Positions 18,858-28,369 of a DNA stretch of 64,000 bases are shown in pieces. The notes under the pieces are model-generated. The model searched no databases. It had not been told where the DNA came from and saw only the letters and a program-made list of their open reading frames with translations. The stretch lies in assembly GCA_045863335.1 (NCBI GenBank), contig BTVY01000008.1, forward strand, positions 64,001 through 128,000, given 5' to 3'. Source of the stretch: Candidatus Hydrogenedentota bacterium (GTDB lineage Bacteria; Hydrogenedentota; Hydrogenedentia; Hydrogenedentales; SLHB01). Position 1 is the stretch's first letter; each line of letters begins with the position of its first letter. Position numbers and translations under genes: made by a program.

Positions 18858-19978
18858 TACATGATCTCCAAGTCCGCGTCCATGGCGCCGGCATCGCGCA
18901 GGGCCTGGAAGATGGAGATCATGTCGCGCGGCGTTACCTTCAACCGGTTCAACGCGCGCGCCACCTCGGCGGCGGAGGTGCCATTGACCGGCATGAGCGC
19001 GCCCGGCTCCTCCACCGCGAGCAGGTCCGTTGTGGCGGTGGTTACCGTTTCGCCTTCGCCGAAAGGCTCCGGCTGGCTGACCTCCGGCGTGATGGCCACT
19101 TCGATGGTGAGATTGCCGTGGGCGACCTGGCAGGGCTTGATCATGACTTCGCCGCCGACCACCAGGGTTCCGGTGCGTTCGTTGATCACCACGATCGATT
19201 CCAGATCGGCTTCGACCTCGATGTCTTCAACTTCCGCAATAAAGCTGATCAACCGGGTCTGTTCCGGCTCGGGAATTCGCACGAGAATGGTACTTGCGCT
19301 CAGCGCCGACGCGGAGGCGGGTCCGAAGGCCGCGTCGATAGCCGTTCGGATGTTTTCCGCCGTGCGGAAATCTGCGCGTTTCAGTTGCAGCACGATGCTT
19401 TCGCCATCCGTGATGGTCGAAGGAATCTCGCGTTCAATATAGGCGCCCATGGGAACGCGGCCGGCCGTTGTGTGGTTCTTGCGCACGGCTGCGGCGCCTC
19501 CTCCCCCGCCGGCTTCCGCGTTGAAACCGCCCACGGACACGGGACCTTGGGCGAGCGCGTAGACCGTGCTTTCCGGGCCGGCGGTGCCGGGTCCGTAGAG
19601 GTACGTTTCGGTGAGCGTTCCGCCTTCGAGGCTTTCGCAGTCGCCGATGGAACTGACGCGCACGTCAATGCGGGTGCCTTCTTTTGCGAAGGCCGGAAAG
19701 GTGGCGTCGACGAGAACGACGGCGGTGTTTTCGGAAACGAGATCGACGAACTTCTCAACCTCGATATCGAAGCGGTCGAGCATGCGGAGTTGCCGGCGGA
19801 CGGCATCGGCGTTCGAGTCGCCCGTGCCCGCGAGGCCGACCACGAGACCGATACCCTTGAGCGGGTTGCCCCGCGCGCCCTGAATCTCGCAGAGATCCTT
19901 GATACGGGCCGCATGCGCCGCGGTCAACGACGCTGTCAGGAGGATGATTCCAACTCGAAAGGCCAGATTCCGCTGCAT
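18857..19978 (-). CDS. flgI: flagellar P-ring protein
   Basis: RIKDL, GIGLVVGLAGTGD, SLEGGTL, VVINERTGT, ISIFQALRDAGA; ATG 19978 after GAGGG. Confidence 0.96.
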   Translation of the reverse strand: MQRNLAFRVGIILLTASLTAAHAARIKDLCEIQGARGNPLKGIGLVVGLAGTGDSNADAVRRQLRMLDRFDIEVEKFVDLVSENTAVVLVDATFPAFAKEGTRIDVRVSSIGDCESLEGGTLTETYLYGPGTAGPESTVYALAQGPVSVGGFNAEAGGGGGAAAVRKNHTTAGRVPMGAYIEREIPSTITDGESIVLQLKRADFRTAENIRTAIDAAFGPASASALSASTILVRIPEPEQTRLISFIAEVEDIEVEADLESIVVINERTGTLVVGGEVMIKPCQVAHGNLTIEVAITPEVSQPEPFGEGETVTTATTDLLAVEEPGALMPVNGTSAAEVARALNRLKVTPRDMISIFQALRDAGAMDADLEIM

Positions 19979-19992
19979 GTTTTCCCTCGCCA

Positions 19993-20625
19993 TCAATACG
20001 GTGAGAACCAGTCCAGGAACCGCGTGATCAAGCCGCGCCGCTGGTTGTTCCACAGTGGGCCGCGTCCCTTCAGTTCAACCACGGCGTTTGCGATTCGCGT
20101 CGAATCAATGGAGTTGTCGGGAGCCACATCACGCGCGCGCGCAATGCCTTTCACGAAGATTCTCGAGTCTTCCCGGTTGACCGTCACGGTCTTTTCGCCT
20201 TCCAACGCGATGTTGCCGTTGTCGTGGACTTCCGTCACGGTGCAGGTGATCGTGGTAATCAAACGGTTTTTCCGTTGCGTGTTGCCCGTCGTGCGTTGCT
20301 CGTTCTCCGTGCCGATTTGCCAGTTGGGCAACTTCCCGGCGGTGGTGATCCCAAAGCCGTCCGGTTCCGGCGATATGAGGAACGAGTTGTCCGATTCGTT
20401 CGCTTCGGACTGGACGTCCGACTCCTTCTTCGTATTCGTATTGGCGTCGGTCTGCGCTTCGATGGATTCGCGAACGAGGACGGTGATGATGTCTCCCACC
20501 TCGAACTTCTTCTGCTTCAGCGATACGAGCGTCCCTTCGCGGGCCACCTGTTGGGTGAACAAGGAATCACCCATGGCCGTGACGCACGGCATGAAAGCGA
20601 CTAGTACCACGAGTCCTATACGCAC
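19993..20625 (-). CDS. flgH: flagellar L-ring protein
   Basis: VGDIITVLVRE, NGNIALEGEK, GIARARDVAPDNSIDSTRIA, FLDWFSPY. Confidence 0.92.
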   Translation of the reverse strand: MRIGLVVLVAFMPCVTAMGDSLFTQQVAREGTLVSLKQKKFEVGDIITVLVRESIEAQTDANTNTKKESDVQSEANESDNSFLISPEPDGFGITTAGKLPNWQIGTENEQRTTGNTQRKNRLITTITCTVTEVHDNGNIALEGEKTVTVNREDSRIFVKGIARARDVAPDNSIDSTRIANAVVELKGRGPLWNNQRRGLITRFLDWFSPY

Positions 20626-20680
20626 AGGTTTGCTCCCTTCTTGCGCCCACGGTTCGGGGACTGGTCCGAACTCAATTCAA

Positions 20681-20843
20681 GAAACATCCCCCTTGATCCC
20701 CCTTCAAAGGGGGAATGGCCGCAACGCTTTGCGTTGCGTCGAGAAGTTTCCGTGACGTCGCATTGTGATTCGGCATGCACGACATTTGAGAATTCGAACT
20801 TGAGCGACTCCCCCTTTGAAGGCGGAGCAAGGGGGATGTTCTT
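20681..20843. repeat. ~165-bp inverted-repeat element, copy 2 (between flgA and flgH)
   Basis: Same arms (right arm with 2 substitutions in the core); hairpin GCAACGC-TTT-GCGTTGC at 20721-20737. Confidence 0.9.
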
Positions 20844-20884
20844 TCGCACGATGACAGAATTTTCTTTATCCCGTTGCTTCATAA

Positions 20885-21844
20885 TCAATTGACCACGACC
20901 ACGCCGTCTTTGCGGACGACGCCCTGGAATTCTTCTTTAGAGTCCAAATTGACGCAGGTGATGAGATCGCCTTCGCACCCGTTCATCAGCGCGCGGGCTT
21001 GGGAACGGATGACGAGTTTCCCCGCTCGCGCTTCGACCGTAACGGGCTGGTTGCGTTTGATGAGTTGGCGCGGCATGAGTTGACGGCTGGTGATGACCTG
21101 TCCCGGGAAGATCGTGCTCCGCGCGACCTGCCCTACCGCGTCCCCGGTGCTTTGCAGCACGTTGCCGCGCATCTGCGACATGGCGCGTTTCTCCAATTGA
21201 AGGTCTGCGACCGAAATCAATGAGCCCCGCGGTATGTCCGTCGCGGCGACGAGGACTTCGGTGTACGCCTCCACCTGCGCGCGGACCAGCACGGTTCGTT
21301 TTACTTCCCCGTCCACCGTGACCTCGCCGCGGAACACGCCGGGCCCCACCCAGCGGTACTGGGGATTGGGCCACCACCGGACCTCGACGAGCCCATCGGG
21401 CACGACCAGATTCTGCGTTGGCGCAGCCACGTCGATGGTCGCCTCATCCAAGGCCCAGGGCATTTCACCTTCGATAAACGTGCGGAGGTCGGTGGCGAGC
21501 ATGTCCGACGTGATCTCTGAATAGAGCGTGGTGGCGACCACCGACCCAGGCCCTTGGAGTTCTACAGCGTCCGCGGTGAAGCCCGCGTTCTCGATGCGCG
21601 ACCGCACGAGGCTCGCGTCGAGCCGCTTCGAGTCGCCGGGCATAGCGGCGTTGCCAATCTCGATGCCGGCCAAGGCATCGGCGTTCTCGCCCTGCACGTC
21701 CGCCACGTCGCCCAAGGTCACTGCCGGACCCTTCACGTAGGCCTCGGTCTTGAGCATGACCGTATCTGTATCCGCTGCTGCGACTGCCGCGATAGCGAGC
21801 GCCACTGCGATTCCGCTCATTGTTCTCAGGGGTGTCATGTTCAT
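20885..21844 (-). CDS. flgA: flagellar P-ring formation chaperone
   Basis: Signal peptide, TLGDVA, SAF domain (VLVAATDIPRG), IKRNQPV, ALMNGCEGDLI...N; between flgG and flgH. Confidence 0.88.
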   Translation of the reverse strand: MNMTPLRTMSGIAVALAIAAVAAADTDTVMLKTEAYVKGPAVTLGDVADVQGENADALAGIEIGNAAMPGDSKRLDASLVRSRIENAGFTADAVELQGPGSVVATTLYSEITSDMLATDLRTFIEGEMPWALDEATIDVAAPTQNLVVPDGLVEVRWWPNPQYRWVGPGVFRGEVTVDGEVKRTVLVRAQVEAYTEVLVAATDIPRGSLISVADLQLEKRAMSQMRGNVLQSTGDAVGQVARSTIFPGQVITSRQLMPRQLIKRNQPVTVEARAGKLVIRSQARALMNGCEGDLITCVNLDSKEEFQGVVRKDGVVVVN

Positions 21845-21859
21845 CGAGTCATTCCCCTA

Positions 21860-22651
21860 TTACCGTCTCACGTTGTTGGCGACTTGAAGCATCTCGTCGG
21901 AAGTCTGGATGACTTTCGAGTTGGCCTCGTAGGCGCGCTGCGCGATGATCAGGTTCAGGATTTCTTCCACGACCTGGACGTTGGAGTTCTCCAGAAATCC
22001 CTGCGCCAGCATGCCGTTGCCATCAAGACCTGGTTGGCCGGGGATCGGCGGTCCGGAGGCCTCCGTTTCCAGCAGGATGTTGTGGCCGATGCGCGCGTCG
22101 AGGCCGCCATTGTTGATGAAGCGCACCAATTGGATCTGGCCGAGGTTCGTCGGTGTCGCGGCGCCCTGGGTCGTCGCCTCTACGATACCGTCCTGGCCGA
22201 TGCTGACGACAACGGCATCCTGCGGAATCGTAATACCCGGAGTCAGCGGGAATCCGTCCACGGTCACCAGCGTACCGTTGTTGTTCACGCGGAAACTGCC
22301 GTCCCGCGTGTAGCCGGTTGTGCCGTCGGGCAAATCGACCTGGAAGAAGCCATCGCCCTCGATGGCGATATCCAGCGTATTGCCGGTCTGAATCAGGTTG
22401 CCCTGCGTAAACAGCTTGGCGACCGATCCCGGGCGCACGCCGTGACCGATCTGAATGCCTTCCGGGAGTGTCTCGCCCGCGGCTGTTTGGGTTCCCGCCG
22501 GCCGGACGGTTTCATAAAAGAGGTCCTTGAAGTTGACGCGGCTCTTCTTGAAGCTGGTCGTGTTCACGTTGGCGAGGTTGTTTGCAATGGTGTCGATGTT
22601 GGTCTGTTGCCCAACCATCCCCGTTGCGGCTGTGAACAAGGCGCGAATCAT
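21860..22651 (-). CDS. flgG: flagellar basal-body distal rod protein
   Basis: IANNLANVNT, GIQIGHG, GDGFFQV, YTRDGSF, LENSNVQVVEE, QRAYEANSK. Confidence 0.96.
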   Translation of the reverse strand: MIRALFTAATGMVGQQTNIDTIANNLANVNTTSFKKSRVNFKDLFYETVRPAGTQTAAGETLPEGIQIGHGVRPGSVAKLFTQGNLIQTGNTLDIAIEGDGFFQVDLPDGTTGYTRDGSFRVNNNGTLVTVDGFPLTPGITIPQDAVVVSIGQDGIVEATTQGAATPTNLGQIQLVRFINNGGLDARIGHNILLETEASGPPIPGQPGLDGNGMLAQGFLENSNVQVVEEILNLIIAQRAYEANSKVIQTSDEMLQVANNVRR

Positions 22652-22666
22652 ACCCTTAGCTCCTCA

Positions 22667-23425
22667 CTACGCCGGCGAACCGACATCGTTAATGAGTCTC
22701 CCCACCGTCTCGTCAACGGAACTGATCACCTTCTGGTTCGCCGTGTAGGCGCGCATGCCGAGAATCATGCTGGCCATCTCTTCCGGAACCTGAACGTTGG
22801 ACGCTTCCAGGCTCTCGCCGACTACCGTGGTTTCGGTGGCGGGCGCGGATTGGGCGAGCGATTCCGGGTTGGCTGCGAAGAGGTTGTCGCCCTGGCGAAG
22901 CAGGGCGCCCGGATCGGCGAACTCAATGATTCCCAGTTGCCCCGTCTGGATCCCGTCGACCCAGACGATTCCATCGCCATCGATGCGCGCACGGCCACCG
23001 GACACGTCAATACCTCCGCCGCCCGCCCCTTGCACCAGGAATCCATCGTTGGTCACAAGCTGCCCGTTGGCGTCAATGGTGAAATTGCCGTCCCGCGTGT
23101 AACGGACCCCGCCCGGAGTGTCGACGGCAATGAAACCGGGACCCATCAGGGCCACGTTCAATGGATTGCCGGTGTGTTGGAGAGGACCCGTGGAGAAGTC
23201 GGCGAAGCTCTCGATGGTCTTGAGCCCGCCTCCGGGACCGCGTTCTGCATTGTAGAGTTGCGGGGTGCCCAGCTCGCCGAGGAATACTTGATAAAACCCT
23301 TCCTGGACCGCACCCTGCCGTTTGAATCCGCTGGTGGACGCGTTGGCAAGGTTGTTGGCGATGATGGCGTGCCGTTCTTCCAGGGCGATCATGCCCGTTG
23401 CGGCAGCATACAAACCTTGTATCAT
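22667..23425 (-). CDS. flgF: flagellar basal-body rod protein
   Basis: IANNLANAST, TGNPLNVAL, YTRDGNF, LEASNV; first of the flgF-flgG pair. Confidence 0.9.
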   Translation of the reverse strand: MIQGLYAAATGMIALEERHAIIANNLANASTSGFKRQGAVQEGFYQVFLGELGTPQLYNAERGPGGGLKTIESFADFSTGPLQHTGNPLNVALMGPGFIAVDTPGGVRYTRDGNFTIDANGQLVTNDGFLVQGAGGGGIDVSGGRARIDGDGIVWVDGIQTGQLGIIEFADPGALLRQGDNLFAANPESLAQSAPATETTVVGESLEASNVQVPEEMASMILGMRAYTANQKVISSVDETVGRLINDVGSPA

Positions 23426-23608
23426 GCGGGCTGGCCCCCACTCCGGTTTCGAGACCCACGCTCTCTATCGTTCGACGCCACTTGGCGTTGTACTCGGAGG
23501 CCCGGCGGGCGTATTAGGGATGGTGAGATAACGTTTAGGGAGAACGTTATCTCCGCCGGGCCAACCACTCACGGTAGGCCTGCTATGGGACAGACCTGCG
23601 AGCCAAGG

Positions 23609-23625
23609 TGCAACTGCTATGCCAA
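23609..23625 (-). promoter_or_regulatory. sigma54 (-24/-12) promoter of the flgF operon
   Basis: TTGGCATAGCAGTTGCA: GG-N10-GC with TGGCA and TTGCA. Confidence 0.8.
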
Positions 23626-23812
23626 TCTGCGAGCAGTGCGACTACTAAGGGTTTTACAAGGGATTTTTGGCGATTTCGCGTCTCATTCGGCCTAAGGGAA
23701 AGGCCATCCATCGGGAAAACGCTGCCGTAACCAGGAAGTTTCTGCATGGTGCGCGGGAGTTCGACCGTGGTTGTGATAATCTGTAGAGCATCCTGGTAGA
23801 AAGGAATTTGGA

Positions 23813-24421
23813 ATGACTCCAATGGCGGAAGAAAAGGCGATGCTGCGGGAGCAGGGGCTTGCGGAGCGGCGCGGCCTTTCTTTGCGGGAACGCCGTGAAA
23901 AGAGTGTCCAGATTCGGGAGCACCTGCAGCAGATGACCGAGTTCGAGCGCGCCTCCCTGGTCCTTACCTACGTCGGCGCCAAGGACGGCGAAGTCGAGAC
24001 CTTACCCCTCATCGCGGCGCTGGTCCACGCGGGGCGGCGAGTGGCCGTTCCCAGCATTGTAGCGCGCGGCTACATGATTTGGCGGCGGATTTCGGGGATC
24101 GATCAATTCTCTGGCAGCAGATTCGGGATCCCGGAGCCCCGAAAGGAATGCCCGGAAATCAAGAGAATCCCAACCGATGCGGTAATTTTGGTGCCTGGAA
24201 TTTTATACTCGCCTACTGGGTATCGCATCGGCTACGGCGGCGGGTATTTTGACCGATTTTTGAGGGATTTTGTGGGAACTTCGATCGGGGTTGCCTTTCA
24301 CATGCAGGTAAAAAATAATTTACCTGTCGCGCCTCATGATGTTCCGGTGGACCGATTGATCACGGACATGGAGATTCTGGACTGCGCCACCCTGCGCCAA
24401 GGATCACGTTTGGACACTTAG
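23813..24421 (+). CDS. fau: 5-formyltetrahydrofolate cyclo-ligase
   Basis: EKAMLR, EVET, FGIPEP, ILVPG, RIGYGGGYFDR, PHDVPVD. Confidence 0.92.
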   Translation: MTPMAEEKAMLREQGLAERRGLSLRERREKSVQIREHLQQMTEFERASLVLTYVGAKDGEVETLPLIAALVHAGRRVAVPSIVARGYMIWRRISGIDQFSGSRFGIPEPRKECPEIKRIPTDAVILVPGILYSPTGYRIGYGGGYFDRFLRDFVGTSIGVAFHMQVKNNLPVAPHDVPVDRLITDMEILDCATLRQGSRLDT

Positions 24422-25347
24422 AAGTCCGGGCGTAGCACCCTCATCGCTGCACCCACATAGTCGGCGAGAGACGTCTCGTCCGTTCCCGGAATCCAGTGGA
24501 TGCGAGGGTCCGCCCGAAACCAGGTCAGCTGGCGCTTCGCGAAGCGGCGGGTGCTTCGTTTCATGGACTCGCGGGCGTCCTCGAACGTGCCGTGTCCCTC
24601 GAGATAGGCGGCGAAATCCCGGTAGCCAAGGGAACGGAGCCGCTCGATCGCGTCCCTGTACCCCGCGTCGAGGAGTTGCTGCACTTCATCCACAAATCCG
24701 TTGGCCAGCATCTGGTCCACACGCAGATCGATCCGGCGGTACAGGACATCGCGAGGAAGATCGATGGCGATCTGAACCGCGTTCAGCGTAGCGCCCTGTT
24801 GCTGGTGCTCCTTATGAAAACTAGTCAGGGTCCGCCCGGTCACTTCGTGCACCTCGAGCGCGCGGACGATCCGCCGGAGGTCGTTCGGCTGGATCAGGTC
24901 CGCGTAGGCGGGGTCCGTGCCCTGAAGGCGCTCGAAGAGCGGGGCAACTCCGTGCTTCTCCGCCTCGTAGTGAAGGTGTTCGCGGATGGCGTCGTTGGCG
25001 GGTGGACCCTCGAAGAGCCCATCAATCAAGGCGCTAACATACAGGCCCGAGCCGCCGACGACAACCGCGATCTTCCCGTACCGATTCAAAGATTCGACGA
25101 TAGGCCTCGCCAGGCGTTCAAAATCCCCCGCCGAGCACGGCTGATCGGGCTTCAGGAACCCTACGAGATGGTGCGTCACACGCGCGCGATCTTCAGGAGT
25201 TGGCGCCGCTGTGCCAATCTCCATGCCGGCATACACCTGCATGGAATCCGCGGAGATGATCTCGGTACCGAGGCGTTCTGCAAGTTCCACAGCGAGAGCC
25301 GTTTTGCCGGAGGCCGTCGGACCCACTACAGCCAGTACCGATATCAC
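24418..25347 (-). CDS. miaA: tRNA dimethylallyltransferase
   Basis: GPTASGKT, SADSMQVY, VGGSGLY, RIVRALEV, RRFAKRQLTWFR. Confidence 0.97.
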   Translation of the reverse strand: MISVLAVVGPTASGKTALAVELAERLGTEIISADSMQVYAGMEIGTAAPTPEDRARVTHHLVGFLKPDQPCSAGDFERLARPIVESLNRYGKIAVVVGGSGLYVSALIDGLFEGPPANDAIREHLHYEAEKHGVAPLFERLQGTDPAYADLIQPNDLRRIVRALEVHEVTGRTLTSFHKEHQQQGATLNAVQIAIDLPRDVLYRRIDLRVDQMLANGFVDEVQQLLDAGYRDAIERLRSLGYRDFAAYLEGHGTFEDARESMKRSTRRFAKRQLTWFRADPRIHWIPGTDETSLADYVGAAMRVLRPDF

Positions 25348-27218
25348 TGCCGTCTCCGGAAGCTCTTTTCCATTTGGACTTGAGTCAGTTCCGTAATGAT
25401 AGGCCGGCCATGAGGGCAGGTATAGGGCGGACGCATGCGGCGGAAACCATCCAGCAGTTCGCGGCGTTCCTGGGGTGAAAGGCGGTCGCCGGCCTTGACG
25501 GAACCGCGGCAGGCCTCAACGGCGAGACGCAGCACATCGGCGAGAAAGTCTTCCCGGTTGAACAGATCGCCCTGCGCGAGTTGGTCCAACACCCGATAGA
25601 TCGTGTCGGGCACGCGCGACTCTTCGTACAAATGGCAGATGGCGGTGACCTGGTAGGTGCCGCCGCCAAAGGGCTCAATCTCGATCCCCAGTTTCGAGAA
25701 GAGATCAAGATTGGATTCGAGCAGCTTCGCATGGGAGGGCGGCGCGTCCACCAACAGCGGCACCGCGAGTTGCTGTGCCTGGTAGTCGTGGTCTTCAAGA
25801 TCGGCCCGGAGCGCGTCGTAGGTCAAGCGTTCGTGGAGCGCGTGTTGATCGATAATAAGCAGCCGGTCATCTTCCGGTACCAGCAAATAGGTGTCGAACA
25901 ACTGCATGGGCGCGTCGCCGATGGCGCCCATGGGGCTGTATACCGCGGAAGGCGCGGCAGACTCGAAGTCATCGCTCGTGTCCGAGCTTTGGATAAGAGT
26001 TTGCACCGGCGGCGTATAGCGATCGAGTGGGTTTGTTTCGGCGGCTGGGAGTCTGTGCTCGAAGGGAATTTTGTCCGTTTGCGCTTCGACGAAGTCGCTG
26101 AATCTTGCGCGCGGTTCCGGGAGTTCTTGCGGAGCGGCAGGCGACGTCGCGCAGGCCTCTTGCCGGGGCGCGGGCCGAGGCTGTTGCAGGAATGCCGGCT
26201 GTTCGGAGCGGTGAAGTTCCGCGAGGCGGTCGCGAACCACCTGTCGTACCGCATCTCGTGCCGCGCGCTCATCCCGAAAGCGAATCTCGCGCTTGGACGG
26301 ATGAATGTTCACGTCGACCAGGCGCGGATGGACGTCCACCAGCACCATACCTACAGGATGACGGCCGACGGTGACCAGCGACCGGTAGCCGTCCTCGAAA
26401 CCGTATTGCAGCGACCGGTTCACGACGGGGCGTTTGTTGAGAAAGAAGAATTGATGAGAACGCTGCGACCGAGTTAATTGCGGCGTCCCGATGAGGCCTG
26501 TGAAACGAAATCCTGCAAGCTCTGCGTCGAGATCGACGAGGTCCTTGAGGAAGTTCAATCCCCAGATGAGCGCGACCCGCTCGCGCAACGAGGCGCGCTC
26601 GGGGATATCGAAAAGGGTCTTATCGTTGTGCGTCAGCGAGAAGGCCACCCCCGTTTGCACGAGGGCATGACGCTGGACGATGTCGATGCACTGGCTCAAT
26701 TCGGTGGTGATGCCGCGAAGAAACTTGGCGCGAACGGGGGTATTGAAGTACAGGCGGTTGACGGTCACCCGGGTGCCGCCCGGCGCAGCCGAATGTTCCA
26801 CGTCCCGCAGGACTCCGCCTTCGACGCGAAGCCGGGTGCCCGAATCATCACGATCCCGCCGGGTGACCAGTTCAAACTTGGACACGGCAGCGATACTGGC
26901 AAGGGCCTCACCGCGGAAACCCATGGTGGAGATGTTGTCGAGATCGTCTGCCTTTCGAATCTTACTTGTCGTGTGACGCTCGATTGCGAGGAGCGCGTCC
27001 TGCTCGGACATACCGTGGCCGTCGTCGATTACCTCGATCGTGCGGCGCCCCGCAGCGACCAGGCGTACCTGAATGCGTGTGGCTCTGGCGTCGAGCGCGT
27101 TTTCGACCAATTCCTTAACCACGGAAGCCGGCCGCTCAACGACCTCGCCCGCGGCGATTTTGTTCGCCACGTTCTCGGGGAGGACGCGCACGCTGGGTAT
27201 GGCCGTTTTTGGACTCAT
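25344..27218 (-). CDS. mutL: DNA mismatch repair protein
   Basis: IAAGEVVERP, GFRGEAL, DVNIHPSK, endonuclease DQHALHER, CPHGRP. Confidence 0.97.
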   Translation of the reverse strand: MSPKTAIPSVRVLPENVANKIAAGEVVERPASVVKELVENALDARATRIQVRLVAAGRRTIEVIDDGHGMSEQDALLAIERHTTSKIRKADDLDNISTMGFRGEALASIAAVSKFELVTRRDRDDSGTRLRVEGGVLRDVEHSAAPGGTRVTVNRLYFNTPVRAKFLRGITTELSQCIDIVQRHALVQTGVAFSLTHNDKTLFDIPERASLRERVALIWGLNFLKDLVDLDAELAGFRFTGLIGTPQLTRSQRSHQFFFLNKRPVVNRSLQYGFEDGYRSLVTVGRHPVGMVLVDVHPRLVDVNIHPSKREIRFRDERAARDAVRQVVRDRLAELHRSEQPAFLQQPRPAPRQEACATSPAAPQELPEPRARFSDFVEAQTDKIPFEHRLPAAETNPLDRYTPPVQTLIQSSDTSDDFESAAPSAVYSPMGAIGDAPMQLFDTYLLVPEDDRLLIIDQHALHERLTYDALRADLEDHDYQAQQLAVPLLVDAPPSHAKLLESNLDLFSKLGIEIEPFGGGTYQVTAICHLYEESRVPDTIYRVLDQLAQGDLFNREDFLADVLRLAVEACRGSVKAGDRLSPQERRELLDGFRRMRPPYTCPHGRPIITELTQVQMEKSFRRRQ

Positions 27219-27405
27219 GAAATCACCTGTGGCCGTATCTTAGTCGAGGCTTCCCCGGTCAGGCAAACGGGACGCAGGGAAGAGGCCTACGGGATGGGTT
27301 CACGCGAACTTACTTGGGGACGAATCGGACAAAAAGCGTTGGGCCTGTCCGAAGACAGGCCCAAGAAATCATCTCTACGATAGGGACGAAACGCGCGAAC
27401 GGGGA

Positions 27406-27822
27406 TTAGAGCGTGTAATCCAACGTCACGTAGATTTCGTCGCAGGAAACAACCTGATCGAACGTGATGCAAAGGTTGGTCGTGTCCAGTTCCACTTCCG
27501 AAAGGATGACGGTGGAGTTCTCAACACAATCTTCCTTGTCATCGAAGATCGCCCGGATGTCGTAGGTACCCGGGGAATTGTTCGGAATCACGCCCTCGCC
27601 GCCGGGCAGCACGCGCTCGCCGCCGGGAAGGTCGTTCGGACCCCACGACGGGGAGCCGGAAGTCACAACGTTTACTTCGGTCAGATCCAGGAACGTGTCA
27701 TTCTTCAAGCAGATCTTCAGCTTGATGAATGCATTCAGGAGACCGGGGCAGCCTACCATCAACGGCAGGGCGACACCGGCCAAGAGTGCCAACGTGGCAA
27801 TACGACGGACCTTTGGTGACAT
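27406..27822 (-). CDS. hypothetical lipoprotein
   Basis: Strong RBS AAGGAGG; signal peptide ending MVGC; 'WGPNDL...YDIRA' beta-rich domain. Confidence 0.75.
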   Translation of the reverse strand: MSPKVRRIATLALLAGVALPLMVGCPGLLNAFIKLKICLKNDTFLDLTEVNVVTSGSPSWGPNDLPGGERVLPGGEGVIPNNSPGTYDIRAIFDDKEDCVENSTVILSEVELDTTNLCITFDQVVSCDEIYVTLDYTL

Positions 27823-28176
27823 GTGCGTTTCCTCCTTTTCTGCACCCTACACAACTGCGTTCAATTACTGAACAACCACATCATACTCTAGGGGTACCCG
27901 CGAATGCAAGCGCCCCTCATCTGTACCGCTAATGGTACGATCCTCACTGGCTCCCCCCACAAGTCCTTGTGGGAGTGGCCACTAGAGAGACTCGGGCCTT
28001 CGGCTTTACCATCAGCCTGTACACAATACCCAATCTTCGGACATATGTTACCAACAATTCTTGGAAAACACAAGGGGTAGTGGTGGGTACGAAAAGTCAC
28101 CCTGTCTCTTGGTGTCCTTCCTGCCCTCTACCGTATCAGACAGCCTCGGTCGAGACACGCCCCGATGACCACACCT

Positions 28177-28205
28177 ATCTTAGGCCGAATCCGCCTGATT
28201 GTCAA
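28177..28205 (-). promoter_or_regulatory. near-consensus sigma70 promoter reading into a 350-bp non-coding region
   Basis: TTGACA-17 bp-TAAGAT. Confidence 0.6.
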
Positions 28206-28369
28206 GTACCAGTTCCCTAGTTCGGCCATTCCTTTTTTCCGTGCCGGTGCGCGCCAGGCCCCGGGTCACCCTCCGGTCCCGATCACAATTCGCAGTGGAA
28301 AACTCGGTCTCGCCACCGCATAATGGGCGCCCTTGTGTCTGCATTTCGCAAAGTTGGGGTTATTCGCCG

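Noticed and set aside
23426-23597. c-di-GMP-I riboswitch in the flgF leader
   Set aside because: The GCAAAC..GAAA..GACGCAAAG consensus is not present; kept only as an unknown structure.
21554-23695. 713-aa plus-strand ORF and other long antisense ORFs (19118-20755, 33373-34950, 43668-45092, 49506-50912)
   Set aside because: Antisense shadows of well-supported GC-rich genes, with no recognisable motifs.
23630-23812. 6S RNA expected upstream of the 5-FTHF cyclo-ligase gene
   Set aside because: Region looks like divergent promoter DNA with no long self-complementarity.
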